A stretch of 35,057 bases of DNA, from positions 1-35,057 of IMG/VR virus record IMGVR_UViG_3300046025_000058; one strand, written 5' to 3'. The position numbers and the translations under genes were made by a program. Positions 1 to 8,803 of this stretch are shown piece by piece. The notes beneath the pieces were generated by a model. That model made no database searches. It had not been told where the DNA came from and saw nothing but the letters and a program-made list of their open reading frames with translations. The stretch is from a virus (taxonomy: Duplodnaviria; Caudoviricetes). How positions within the stretch are numbered: position 1 is the stretch's first letter; the number at the start of each line of letters is the position of its first letter.

Positions 1-1002
1 ATGTCAGCCCAACTCGAGCCCCTCGAACCCGAGCAAGCATTAGAGATGTATCTCGAACACCGACGTGACGAAGTTGCCGAATCGACACTCAACGCCCATA
101 GGTTGCGTCTCAAGCACTTCGTTCGTTGGTGTAACGAGCAGGAGATCGACAATCTCAATGAACTCACCGGCCGGAAATTGTTTGAGTATAGACAGTGGCG
201 GAAACAGGACGGCGGACTCAATCGCGTCTCGGTTCGCACCCAGCTCTCTACCCTCAAACAGCTGATCAAGTTCTGTGAGACGATCGACGCTGTCGAACCG
301 GAACTCCACGAGAAGGTGGATATACCGGAACTCAAGGAGGGAGATGGCGTTCGATCCGTACAGATCAAGGAAGAACAGGTTGAGCAGATACTGGAGCGAC
401 TGGAACGGTTTGACTATGCATCCCTTCGGCACGTCATCGTGTTACTCCTCTGGAGGACAGCGATACGAATGGGCGCTCTGCGCTCGATTGACGTAGACGA
501 TGTCGATCTCAACGAAGGCTACATCGCGCTCAAGCATCGCGACGAGTATGGCACTCCTCTAAAAAACGGCCAAGGAGGCGAACGCCACATCGCGCTCACA
601 GACAAGACTGTGAGTGTCCTCAACGACTGGATTGAACATCGGCATCCAGACACCACCGACGATTACGGACGGATACCACTTGTCGCAACAGAGCATGGGC
701 GAATCAGTCGCAGCAACATCCGTCGAAACGTGTATTGGGCCAGCTCGCCCCAATTTGTAGGGGAAGACTGCTCGTGCGACGTTGATGAGCACGACTATGA
801 CTCAATCCACGAGTGCGACGACGTCGTCTCACCGCACGCCTTCCGGCGGGGTTCGATCACGCATATGATCCGAAACGAGGTACCAAAGGAGGTAGTCTCG
901 GGACGAAGCGACGTCAGCCCAGAAGTTATGGATAAACATTATAACGAGATGACAGAAAAAGAGAAGATGGATCAACGGAGAGAGTACTTGGATAACCTCT
1001 AA
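1..1002 (+). CDS. int: Tyrosine recombinase/integrase, haloarchaeal SNJ2-like type
   Basis: Catalytic motifs: IRMGAL (R), PLKNG (K), SPHAFRRGSITH (HxxR), DKHY (Y). N-terminal SAM-like core-binding region. Confidence 0.93.
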   Translation: MSAQLEPLEPEQALEMYLEHRRDEVAESTLNAHRLRLKHFVRWCNEQEIDNLNELTGRKLFEYRQWRKQDGGLNRVSVRTQLSTLKQLIKFCETIDAVEPELHEKVDIPELKEGDGVRSVQIKEEQVEQILERLERFDYASLRHVIVLLLWRTAIRMGALRSIDVDDVDLNEGYIALKHRDEYGTPLKNGQGGERHIALTDKTVSVLNDWIEHRHPDTTDDYGRIPLVATEHGRISRSNIRRNVYWASSPQFVGEDCSCDVDEHDYDSIHECDDVVSPHAFRRGSITHMIRNEVPKEVVSGRSDVSPEVMDKHYNEMTEKEKMDQRREYLDNL

Positions 1003-1220
1003 TCGAGACTGTCGTCGTGCCTCTCGATATCCTCCTGGGAGATCTCGACGTTATATCGCTCATTTTTGCCCCCGATAGGAGACTCATCGCCATCCTCTAA
1101 CTCATGAAGTCGGTGAGTGAGTGTGGCCACGTTGCTCTCCAGGAGCTCCACTCTTTGCATTAGCGCGAACATCTCGTCATTTAACTCCTCGACACTATCG
1201 GCATCGATTTCGGACACCAT
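999..1220 (-). CDS. Small acidic coiled-coil protein convergent with the integrase
   Basis: 73 aa, heptad-like LMQRVELLESNVATLTHRLHELE. TATA-like TTTTAA about 30 nt upstream of ATG. Confidence 0.6.
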   Translation of the reverse strand: MVSEIDADSVEELNDEMFALMQRVELLESNVATLTHRLHELEDGDESPIGGKNERYNVEISQEDIERHDDSLD

Positions 1221-1313
1221 GTCTGCGGGGTACTCTTCACCAATGCATTAAAATTGTATCGATTTAATCTAATTATGTTAAGATACAACTTACAAAATTA
1301 TTCCAGGATCGAC

Positions 1314-1934
1314 TTAGACTGAGTATCTGATACGATCGCCGGAGTCGACATCTGGCTCAGGCATCGACTCCAGAACCGAGCACTCGACATCATAATTGTG
1401 ATGATCCAGGTGTGGGGCTGGACTCGTAGCCAAATTGTCGGCATCGAGAAGATCGGTTGAGTCGATCCACCCACGGAATCGGATGATCCCATTGCCTTCG
1501 TCGACGAACGCGCTGATGTAGACGTCAGGCGTCTCCGAGCGCTTCTCGTGGTTTTTTCTCGCCACCATCAGGCTCGGGTTCCGGCCATCGTAGTCATCAG
1601 ACTTGACGTCGTACGTCATCTTTTTCCCATCGATCTCGATCTCACCGTCGAGGCCTCCATCGCCCGATGCTGAAACGGAGGTATCGAGTTCGCACTCATC
1701 ATAGGCGAGCATCAACCCAAACTCGGCCATCAGTCCCTGAACGTGAATATCGTCTCCACCCTTAGAACTCCAGTTGTCGTCCGTTGTCCGGCCGTCCTGG
1801 TAAGACTTGTTCCGCTCGTCGGCCAACTCCTGGATGAACTCCATCTCGTCGTCCGAGAGATCGATCTTGACGTCACCTGCGACGCCGAAGGAGTCGTTGG
1901 TTAGCGATGCAGCAAGAGGATTGTCAACTGACAT
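1314..1934 (-). CDS. PD-(D/E)xK nuclease-fold protein
   Basis: GLMAE...GDGGLD...YDVKS gives an E...D...DxK catalytic pattern. Acidic composition. Confidence 0.6.
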   Translation of the reverse strand: MSVDNPLAASLTNDSFGVAGDVKIDLSDDEMEFIQELADERNKSYQDGRTTDDNWSSKGGDDIHVQGLMAEFGLMLAYDECELDTSVSASGDGGLDGEIEIDGKKMTYDVKSDDYDGRNPSLMVARKNHEKRSETPDVYISAFVDEGNGIIRFRGWIDSTDLLDADNLATSPAPHLDHHNYDVECSVLESMPEPDVDSGDRIRYSV

Positions 1935-1977
1935 GCGACAAGGAGCGATCAGCGAACGATGCGTCCGAAGCGGGTGC

Positions 1978-2094
1978 TTAGTCGTCAGCCAGTAGGCCGA
2001 TGCAGATCGGCACTACGAGGAGTAGCAGGGCAGGAGCTATCGCGATCATCACCATAGAGAGCGCGCCCAAGAGCGCCCACCCGTGCTTACTCAT
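1978..2094 (-). CDS. 38 aa hydrophobic membrane microprotein (MSKHGWALLGALSMVMIAIAPALLLLVVPICIGLLADD)
   Basis: ATG at 2094 overlaps the end of the upstream gene (GATGAGTAA), suggesting translational coupling. One long hydrophobic segment. Confidence 0.55.
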   Translation of the reverse strand: MSKHGWALLGALSMVMIAIAPALLLLVVPICIGLLADD

Positions 2095-2617
2095 CGAGAT
2101 CACCTCGGACGACAAATGCGAGGAGATCTGCACCGAAATCGGAGAGTTGCCAGACGTCGGCACACCCTGGCCGGCTCTCGGCTCGCTCGATGAGTCCCCG
2201 ATCGTGGAGTGATCGTACTCGAGCGCTGTTAAGATCATAATCGCGCGCGAGGAATCCGTCGTCTGTTGGCAGGCTCGAGAGTGTGCCCAATGTGCGATCC
2301 ACAGTCTCGATCGTCTCCTCATCGATGTCGATCTCGATGCCATTCTGGACGCACTCAACGACGTGTCGGCCTTCGTCAGTGAGTTGCCAATCGATTGATC
2401 GGCCCATCTCAATCCCAGAGTCCTCAATCACGCCTGCATAGCGCATCTGGAGTAGCGTCGAGCGATCGAGCCCGATCGCTCTGAAACGGAACCCACCTTG
2501 GAGCTCGTCGAGGACGGCAGGTTGTTGGTTAGCAATTACGAGCTGCTCGAGGAGTCGGAGTCGATCAGCAGATGTCTCGTAGAGACTGGTGTCGATATCA
2601 TCAGCAAACAAATCCAT
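2087..2617 (-). CDS. Putative DNA-binding protein with two tandem winged-helix-like repeats
   Basis: Two similar segments: LLQMRYAGVIE...WQLTDEG and VRSLHDRGLIE...WQLSDFG. Both resemble recognition helix plus wing. Confidence 0.65.
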   Translation of the reverse strand: MDLFADDIDTSLYETSADRLRLLEQLVIANQQPAVLDELQGGFRFRAIGLDRSTLLQMRYAGVIEDSGIEMGRSIDWQLTDEGRHVVECVQNGIEIDIDEETIETVDRTLGTLSSLPTDDGFLARDYDLNSARVRSLHDRGLIERAESRPGCADVWQLSDFGADLLAFVVRGDLDE

Positions 2618-2725
2618 GCGACAGCGGTAGTGAGGCGATCCCGCCCGCCCTGCCTTGTCACCCCCCCGGGCGTGATATCCGTAATCGCCACGCGCCTTTA
2701 AAGAAAACCCCTTGGGGGTGGTAGA

Positions 2726-3724
2726 TTAACGCCCGTTTTCCTGGTTCGCGCGCTCAAGTTGGTATCTGATCCAGGTTGTATTTCCCCGTGATTCGTCCCA
2801 TTTCGGGCGCTCCAGGGCCGACGAGCGCATAATCCGCTCTGCCTGTGCGAGATCATCAGCCCAAAATACCGCCTTTTTCGCAAAATACCAGTCACGATTG
2901 CTCTTATCGGGATCATGGTATGTACCCTCGTACAGCGCCTTGAAGTCGTCGTCAGCAGAATTACACGCGCGTTGGATCAGTTCCTCGTCGTCATCGAGCA
3001 GCTCGACGTCGTTGTCCATCTCCTGAGCCGACGCCTCACCGAACTCCGTGATCGACGTCTCAGCGTCGTTCTGAGTCGACTCATCGAAGTGCTCGCGCTG
3101 GACTCTGGCCACGTCTCTGTCCTCGACCGAGCGAGGCGTGCCCTCGATCCACCTTCCTGTAAATGTAAAAAACCTGTCGCTCTGATATACCTCCAGCCCC
3201 TGCTCGTCGTTCTTATTTTGGTACGTTTCGTCGAGAGCCCCGCGAGCGTAGACGTGCAACCCCGTCCCGCTCGGCGACACCTCGGTGAAGCTCGACAGCT
3301 CGTTGACGATCTCGAGTGCGAGTTCGGAAATCTCACCAGACGTCGCGTCGAAGCAGTCGTCCAAGTCATACCCCACAACGTAGTGCTCGTCTGAGAGCAC
3401 AAACCCCAGGCCGTCCGCGCTCTCACTCTGGCTCAACTCATCCTTGCTCGCATGAAGCCGATCGTAGGCGCCGTCGAAGTCAGTGCAGCTCGAGGTGTCA
3501 GTTGGGTCGATCCTCCACACCGAACTCCCGTCGGACATCACAGGCACCTTCTTTTGTTCACCGCCTGAGCCCTCCTCGTAGCGGAAGAGCACCCAGTACT
3601 CCATCTCTCGGAGCCGATCGGGGACGGTGAACATCCCCTCGTGGAGGTGCTCATCTGCGATAACTCGTTCGTCGTCTGATTCATCCTCAGTAGTCAAGAT
3701 TGCAGTCATTGGTTTCTCTCGCAC
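2726..3724 (-). CDS. Primase-polymerase (AEP superfamily, NrS-1-like) with C-terminal helical domain; start may be ATG at 3709
   Basis: GLGFVL, GYDLDDC (DxD), TEVSPSGTGLHVY (SxH), LEVY..DRFFTFTG, C-terminal RSSALERPKWD. Confidence 0.88.
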   Translation of the reverse strand: MREKPMTAILTTEDESDDERVIADEHLHEGMFTVPDRLREMEYWVLFRYEEGSGGEQKKVPVMSDGSSVWRIDPTDTSSCTDFDGAYDRLHASKDELSQSESADGLGFVLSDEHYVVGYDLDDCFDATSGEISELALEIVNELSSFTEVSPSGTGLHVYARGALDETYQNKNDEQGLEVYQSDRFFTFTGRWIEGTPRSVEDRDVARVQREHFDESTQNDAETSITEFGEASAQEMDNDVELLDDDEELIQRACNSADDDFKALYEGTYHDPDKSNRDWYFAKKAVFWADDLAQAERIMRSSALERPKWDESRGNTTWIRYQLERANQENGR

Positions 3725-3813
3725 GATCCCTGTGCGACGTAGAGGCCTACAGATCGATATCTGGGCTAATTAGCAGATCATCGCCCAAAAGTGTTTTGCT
3801 GAGTTAATTTACT

Positions 3814-3993
3814 CTATTCGTATGTATCTGATGCAACTCGATCATCTATCACCGAGGCTGGATCGCTCGGCCCGACATCCTCATCATCGGCCTCAATCGG
3901 GATCGGTGTCGGGCGGGCACAATCATCTATCGACGCAGTACAATCCTCGGCCTTGAGCCATTCTGCAGGGATATGAGCAATTTCCTCGGGCAT
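3814..3993 (-). CDS. 59 aa acidic microprotein absent from the ORF track (MPEEIAHIPAEWLKAEDCTASIDDCARPTPIPIEADDEDVGPSDPASVIDDRVASDTYE)
   Basis: Hand translation from ATG 3993 to TAG 3814. Halophilic D/E bias. TATA-like element about 34 nt upstream. Confidence 0.55.
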   Translation of the reverse strand: MPEEIAHIPAEWLKAEDCTASIDDCARPTPIPIEADDEDVGPSDPASVIDDRVASDTYE

Positions 3994-4124
3994 CTTGGCA
4001 CGTTATCGGTAGTCACTACGAGCCCTTTTAAAGAAACACCCACCCAGGTTCGGAAATGTATCTTGCGGATACATTCTCATATGCCGTAATATATTTGTCA
4101 ATATAGAATAACTACTTGTAGAGA

Positions 4125-4550
4125 ATGAACCGACGTGCAGTACTGGGGACGATCGCAGGAAGCTGTCTCTGTGCAACTGCTGGGTGCACGACAATCGCGG
4201 ACTCCGTTCTTGGCCCACCCGAGTCCGACTACGTGGGAATTGACGTTATGATCGACACGATCGGATCGACGGGCGTCACTGTAACCGTCTCGTACTCTGA
4301 TGACGATGATGCCACTAAGTCGGGGACGATCAATGGCCCGGCCAGTATAGAGTTTGGCCCTGAGATGGGCGAGAGCCCATATGAAGTCACAGTTGACATC
4401 AATATCGCTCGTCCTGCTACCACTGACGCAGATGTCTCGATCTCAGGCGCCACGCGATGGACTGATTACGGGGGGAGCGGGCTTGAGACACTGAAGCGGA
4501 AGACAATCAGTGACGACGGCACTGTGTCCTGGCACGCCGGACATCTGTAG
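4125..4550 (+). CDS. Tat-exported lipoprotein
   Basis: MNRRAVL twin-arginine signal, TAGC lipobox, beta-rich mature region. Confidence 0.85.
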   Translation: MNRRAVLGTIAGSCLCATAGCTTIADSVLGPPESDYVGIDVMIDTIGSTGVTVTVSYSDDDDATKSGTINGPASIEFGPEMGESPYEVTVDINIARPATTDADVSISGATRWTDYGGSGLETLKRKTISDDGTVSWHAGHL

Positions 4551-4582
4551 TCTATCTTGATCCACCAAATCTCTGATAGTGA

Positions 4583-4840
4583 TTGAGCCCCTACGATCAC
4601 GTCCGTATGTTGCTTTCTATTCTCGACACCGTAGAGCCGTTTGTAGACTCCCAGATCGAACGTAGATCACTATTAGCGGGCTTCCGCGACGGCCTCCTAC
4701 ACATCCGGCCCGCCCCTGCTGTCGACGAGGGCTCCGAGCTGCTCGGCGAGCACTACTCGTTTGCCTACATGGGAGGGTACTTCTGCAAAAGCCTCCTGGC
4801 CATCGCCGGCGCAGCTGAGTACCTCCCGAGCCTGGCCTGA
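4583..4840 (+). CDS. Hypothetical small protein; likelier start ATG 4607
   Basis: Fills the gap between co-oriented genes. Mildly hydrophobic C-terminus. Followed by a CGCT-TTCG-AGCG hairpin. Confidence 0.5.
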   Translation: MSPYDHVRMLLSILDTVEPFVDSQIERRSLLAGFRDGLLHIRPAPAVDEGSELLGEHYSFAYMGGYFCKSLLAIAGAAEYLPSLA

Positions 4841-4955
4841 TCTATATCGCGCTTTCGAGCGTATCGGTACATTACATAGTTGGTTCACTACTTCTGCATA
4901 ACATTTTAGACACTTCATATACTACTTAGATACGTACGCTTAGAGAGGAAAAACT

Positions 4956-5720
4956 ATGGGTGATTTAGCCGAGTGGTTATTCAAGGTTGGTTATCTTCCT
5001 ATTCGACACCAGTCGGTAAAACACGAGTTCCTTCGTTGGTATCGGACGGCAGCGCTCGATTCTTATGTCATCGAAGGACTCGACGCTGATAACGCTGATT
5101 TAACGTCTCTTGCTCTGGATGCTGCGAGCCACGCCGAGCATTTCGACGACGAAGTGAGGATTCTCGAGATTTTTGAGATTTTTGAGAAGAAATTGGAGCA
5201 ACTCGAGACGTGGTTTCACTATATCGTACTCGGATCTGTCCTCTTCGGTGGGAGTATGACAGCTACCGGTGTATATGCTGTGAGAGCATACCTCATTGAG
5301 CTCGTATTAAGCGCTCTTGGTGTGCTAACCGGCGGATCAGCACTGGTTGCGATCTCACTCTATTACGCACTGAAACACTATTTGAACAACAGTGCTGAAT
5401 TGATCAAGTTGTTTAACGAAGAACTCACAGAGAAGCCCGGCCATATCCGTCGCCACGATCGAGAGTGGCCAGATCTGGCAGCAGCCTATTTCTGGAACGA
5501 AAGCCTCAGTCGTCCACCAACGATATTGGTGCTGATTCTACTCTCAGTGATACAATTCATCCGCCCGTCTCTCTTTGGGCGAATCTCTGCCGATCTGCAA
5601 TTTAATATTCAGGAATTCATCAAAATGGATGCGAAAGATATAGTGAAACACCAACTCGATCGAGTGCGTGATGTAGACGCCCCTCCCTATACCGAATACC
5701 CATCATCGCCCGAGCAATAG
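4956..5720 (+). CDS. Integral membrane protein (2-3 TM segments)
   Basis: Hydrophobic stretches YIVLGSVLFGG, LIELVLSALGVLTGGSALVAISLYY, TILVLILLSVIQFI. AT-rich upstream region. Confidence 0.75.
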   Translation: MGDLAEWLFKVGYLPIRHQSVKHEFLRWYRTAALDSYVIEGLDADNADLTSLALDAASHAEHFDDEVRILEIFEIFEKKLEQLETWFHYIVLGSVLFGGSMTATGVYAVRAYLIELVLSALGVLTGGSALVAISLYYALKHYLNNSAELIKLFNEELTEKPGHIRRHDREWPDLAAAYFWNESLSRPPTILVLILLSVIQFIRPSLFGRISADLQFNIQEFIKMDAKDIVKHQLDRVRDVDAPPYTEYPSSPEQ

Positions 5721-6121
5721 GCCTCTAATCGGTGATGATACGATCTCCGTTTGGGTGAATCACGCGCAACCATTTGGGCCCACAGAGGCATCTGGATGCC
5801 CATCTTCAATACGCAACCCCCGTACGTCCGAGACTATTACGTGTCGTATGTCTTTACGTCTCCGCGCGAGCGGACATGGGGGTTGATTTAGGGCGCCGTC
5901 ACCCGGTTTTCACCGCTACCCCCACACACGGGTGTGTCTGAGTCTTTATACTACGTCGCACTACGACACAGATTTCTGTTTAAGTAGCACCACACCCCAA
6001 TTTTCAAGTGCTTTTCGGCAGACAGCGTGCTTGTCGATTCGTGATTCCTTTATCGATTTATAAGCGATCACGAGCCAAGCAGAAGCCTATCACAAGCATC
6101 ACTGACGACGCCTACCCCAAT

Positions 6122-6364
6122 CTAATGGAACTTACATTTCGTCTCGCCGTATGCACACCCGGCCTCGACACATCGACTGCACTTGTGGACGCCGGGATCC
6201 ACTCTCGTTCCACAGCATTTGTAGGAGGATTTCTCCCGAGATGAGCCACCTGGATTTGCGCCACCATCTGACGATCGATTGGCCATCCCCTCAACCAACT
6301 CCTCGATATCGTCAGGTGAGAGAAGCTCGGTGTCAGTATCGTCCTCGGATTTCCTGCTGGCCAT
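6122..6364 (-). CDS. Small protein with acidic N-terminus and Cys/His-rich C-terminus (putative Zn-binding)
   Basis: CCG...HKCSRC...GC...KCKFH. TTTAT about 25-30 nt upstream of ATG. Confidence 0.65.
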   Translation of the reverse strand: MASRKSEDDTDTELLSPDDIEELVEGMANRSSDGGANPGGSSREKSSYKCCGTRVDPGVHKCSRCVEAGCAYGETKCKFH

Positions 6365-6614
6365 AGCTACATGCTATCTCCTACCATGATAAATGTAAGG
6401 GAGGGCATTATTCATTTCCGGCAACACGACTCTCGATATTTAAATGGAAACCGAAAATCGTCGTCTGATGGTGGGGTTCAGTCAACACTGACGCAAGGAT
6501 TAGATTGACTCGAAAACAAAACCAGGCAGTAGAGAGCCCAACGATCACCGTCAAGGTAGACTCAGAACATGGCTAAAGCGACTCGAGAGCCCACGAGACG
6601 TCGAACCTGAACAG

Positions 6615-6655
6615 TTAACCAACAGTCAGCCCCGACAACGTCGTTCGTTGGTTAA
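6615..6655. repeat. Dispersed inverted repeat, copy 1: TTAACCAAC-N23-GTTGGTTAA
   Basis: Perfect 9-bp arms at 6615-6623 and 6647-6655. Confidence 0.85.
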
Positions 6656-7151
6656 ACGTTGTCCAGTGTCTGGGGTGAGCTCGATCACAAGCGGGGCAGA
6701 GGTGATCAGGTGCTGGGCCGAACCGCACGAATCTGGAACTACGTTCTGGGATCAGCAAAATTATTCTGTGTTCTGGAACTATACTCAATACCGACGCTCT
6801 CTTGCGATTGTGGCATCATCGGGGCATTGTCGCATCCACTTAGGAGAGATACTTGCCACAAATTCGATCTAAAGTGTGACATATCGAGGCTGAGTTTGTC
6901 TCATTGGGGCAAATGTGCTTAGGTTCTCCAACCCCTACCATCTCGTCCGCCGAGCTCAATCGGTGGACGCACGATCCCACCTCTCGTTTCTCTCGCCGAT
7001 CCCGACGTCGGGTAGTCGTCTTTTCACAGAATAGGTGTGGTGCCGAATAACTGGCGCCGAACACGGCGTCGACACCCACACCATTTTCTCGCCCGACGAA
7101 TTCACTCTCAAGATCTCCCCAGGGGAGGGGCTCGCAATCAACGTCGCACCT

Positions 7152-7262
7152 ATGTCTAACCAAGGTACTGAATCCGGCTGTCCCGAGTGTGGTTCCTCCA
7201 AGTACATCCCGTCGAGTGGTTGCTCCCTCTGTCTCGACTGTGGATTCAGCCCGTGTAATTGA
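7152..7262 (+). CDS. 36 aa CPxCG zinc-ribbon microprotein (MSNQGTESGCPECGSSKYIPSSGCSLCLDCGFSPCN)
   Basis: ATG at 7152 within track ORF 7035..7262. Pattern CPECG-x8-GC-x2-C-x2-CG-x-S-x-C. Confidence 0.7.
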   Translation: MSNQGTESGCPECGSSKYIPSSGCSLCLDCGFSPCN

Positions 7263-8197
7263 CTAACCGACACTCACCAGTAAAATCGACAATTGTCGAA
7301 ATAATTGGGCCTAACGGAGAGCACAAATCCTCGAATCACCCTGTTGCTACAGACACTACAGGCGCCTCTGTGAGCGATTTCAGAGTCGGGATGATTGTTG
7401 TCTCTCGGTGATTACTAAGAGCTACTCAGAGGCGACTGAGATGTCCTATGAGCGACGCCAGTATATAGCCGTTGCTCACCGACTCATTTCAGGTTGATAG
7501 CGACACTATTTCCTGTTGACTTCTACGACGGGGGCCACTACGTTCTTACCCAACAGGGATACTATCTGTACCGAACTGCATACACTCTTCTGCTATGATT
7601 GGAATTTTACACGGTGTTGTTGTTAGTAACAGCACTGTACACAGCTCTTAGACGAAAGGGAAGTATACTCTTAGACACCAATGGAAGACGGTCGTAACCA
7701 ACTATGATACTGTCGTAGACGCCATATCTCTATCAGTTATACCCGATACAGCTGAGCTCGCGATCGCCGGCCAGACGATGTCGACGATCGCTGAAACTGC
7801 CTTCTCAGTCTGATTCGACAGCAGCGCTCGCTGATTCGACGACTGTCGAAATACATCGCGAACTGTAACTGTTGAGCTCGAGCGCTCATGCTCGCTGCTC
7901 GATCGAGGTGCTGTCGTTGATCGCACCACACACCTCGTGCAAAGCTCTTCGAGGCCGACGACGTCGACGCCCGGGCAGACAGGCATCTTTGTCGGGCCGG
8001 ATCGTCCCCCGAGAAATCGGTTCTACGGAAAATTCCTCGCTCTCTCTGGCTCTACAATATCCCGATTGACTCTGAGGCCAGAATTGTGGATACCCCTTTC
8101 ATCAGACGAATACCCCCAGTTGATCAAATTCGACGACGAAGTCGTCTGGTGAGCCGTCTTCAGCACTCGAACCTGAGAGAGTGAAAAAGTCTGAGCC

Positions 8198-8803
8198 TCA
8201 GATCTTGTTTAGATCTTGATCAAGCAGAATATGGAAGAAAACAAACGGGGTGACGCTTAGGGCCAGTGCGAATATGAGATAGTATAGCGATGAACTCGCT
8301 CTGACTATCGCCTGAATCGTAAATCCAATTGCCAGTACGATTACTCCCACTTTCTGGTAGTGTTGTCTCAACTGCCCTTGCTCTCTCTCAATTTCCCTTT
8401 CCAGCCAAGTTACTACCCGTGTAGTCGTAAGATAAGTCTGATCTCCATCTGTCGCAAAACTTCCACGCAGGTTTGATTCCGAACTGGATGACTGTTCTCT
8501 AACGAACCGAAGAGCCCCATCGTCTGAAGGATGGTTCGGGATGTATACATTCACCTCGTAGGGACGTTCGATCGTTCCCGCCTCTCTGGAAAGGACATCC
8601 ATCAAGATTTTGTAATCATCGTCACCACGAAGGAAAGAGCCACCATTCGCTACCTCATCACGAATACTGCGGATCTCTCGGAGTTTCTCTGTCCAAAGGA
8701 GATACCTTTTGAATGGCGGAATATCTGGTAGTACGATGATAATCGCTCCGACGGCATCAATCGTCAGGCCAGCTACTGATAAAAAATCTGTAACTTTACT
8801 CAT
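8198..8803 (-). CDS. Membrane protein (one N-terminal TM, two C-terminal TMs)
   Basis: FLSVAGLTIDAVGAIIIVL; VGVIVLAIGFTIQAIV; YYLIFALALSVTPFVFF. Own TATA-like TTATTAAT about 35-40 nt upstream. Lower GC. Confidence 0.75.
   Translation of the reverse strand: MSKVTDFLSVAGLTIDAVGAIIIVLPDIPPFKRYLLWTEKLREIRSIRDEVANGGSFLRGDDDYKILMDVLSREAGTIERPYEVNVYIPNHPSDDGALRFVREQSSSSESNLRGSFATDGDQTYLTTTRVVTWLEREIEREQGQLRQHYQKVGVIVLAIGFTIQAIVRASSSLYYLIFALALSVTPFVFFHILLDQDLNKI

Noticed and set aside
3865-3918. Hairpin GCCCGACATC/GGTGTCGGGC with flanking ATCATCTATC repeats as an origin
   Set aside because: It lies inside the plausible 59-aa ORF, where the repeats encode IDD twice. It cannot be separated from coding effects.
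7034-7082. tRNA-like cloverleaf
   Set aside because: Too short, and it lacks a T-loop consensus and an anticodon arm.
7702-8152. Track ORFs at 7702-7986, 7737-7931, 7872-8069 and 7937-8152
   Set aside because: Mutually overlapping, non-acidic, without motifs. None is supportable.
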